A stretch of DNA of 64,000 nt from positions 1,932 through 65,931 of the forward strand of contig WSYG01000004.1 of assembly GCA_009773735.1 (NCBI GenBank). The letters are read 5' to 3'. The translations under genes and the position numbers were made by a program. The notes below the pieces were generated by a model. The model worked only from the letters and a program-made list of their open reading frames with translations. It was not told the DNA's origin and did not search any database. The DNA is from Erysipelotrichaceae bacterium. GTDB lineage: Bacteria > Bacillota_I > Bacilli_A > Erysipelotrichales > Erysipelotrichaceae. This document shows, piece after piece, positions 63,619 through 64,000 of this stretch (its first letter is position 1; the number at the start of each line of letters is the position of its first letter).

Positions 63619-64000
63619 TTATAAAAACAGGCTTATGACACTTTCTATCAATATCAGGGCACAAATCGTATTGATCAGCTTGTAATGACGTTGCATTGCA
63701 CTGCTTAATAAAACCCCAAGTAGGCCCCAAGCCCATAAACACACCACACTGATCGATGTTAAAAGCAGGGCATATAAGACAATTTGAATCAAATCTGATG
63801 TGTAAGGCAACACAAAGCTGTTGAGTGACGTAATCGCATATAAAATAATCTTGACGTTAAGAAACTGTAGGATCATTCCATTTAAAAAGCTCGGTTCTTT
63901 GATGTTTTGATCAAGTTCAACAGGTTTACTGGTATAAATTTTATAAGCCAGATAAAGAATATATATGGCGCCTAGGATTTTAGCGATCTGCGTAAGTTGT
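63619..64000 (-). CDS. LysE/RhtB family amino-acid exporter, partial (5' end outside the window)
   Basis: Frame is open to the window edge: ...KILGAIYILYLAYKI...SFLNGMILQFLNVKI, a typical LysE signature. Confidence 0.85.
   Translation of the reverse strand, partial: QLTQIAKILGAIYILYLAYKIYTSKPVELDQNIKEPSFLNGMILQFLNVKIILYAITSLNSFVLPYTSDLIQIVLYALLLTSISVVCLWAWGLLGVLLSSAMQRHYKLINTICALILIESVISLFL

Overview
This is a low-GC (roughly 37% by eye) Firmicute chromosome segment, probably Erysipelotrichaceae-like (inferred from gene content and sequence types). It ends at the replication origin. Most genes are on the minus strand and point away from oriC. From the right end the order is LysE (partial), oriC, dnaA, dnaN, CvpA-like, yaaA, recF, gyrB, gyrA, a membrane GGDEF-hemerythrin gene, T-box-serS flanked by two parS sites, gdhA, SRP RNA, tadA, dnaX, recR, fhs, then nadK, rodA, mutS, mutL, miaA, msrA, ychF, folD, ispF and argS (partial). 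Accessory blocks include an arsR-acr3-arsC operon and a NiCo (czcD) riboswitch-controlled CDF exporter. There is also an L-ascorbate-type (ula) PTS cluster that lacks ulaD but carries a His-rich beta-propeller gene, and a lipoprotein made of two near-identical FMN-binding-like domains. The top candidate for an undescribed system is 18883-22729: homologues of tocopherol cyclase (VTE1), phytol kinase (VTE5) and DUF92/phytyl-phosphate kinase (VTE6), plus a DUF1722 gene and a divergent serine hydrolase. It looks like an isoprenoid-alcohol salvage and prenyl-cyclisation module in an apparently non-photosynthetic bacterium. No CRISPR array, rRNA, tRNA or mobile element was recognised. All family calls come from motif recognition by eye, not from database searches.
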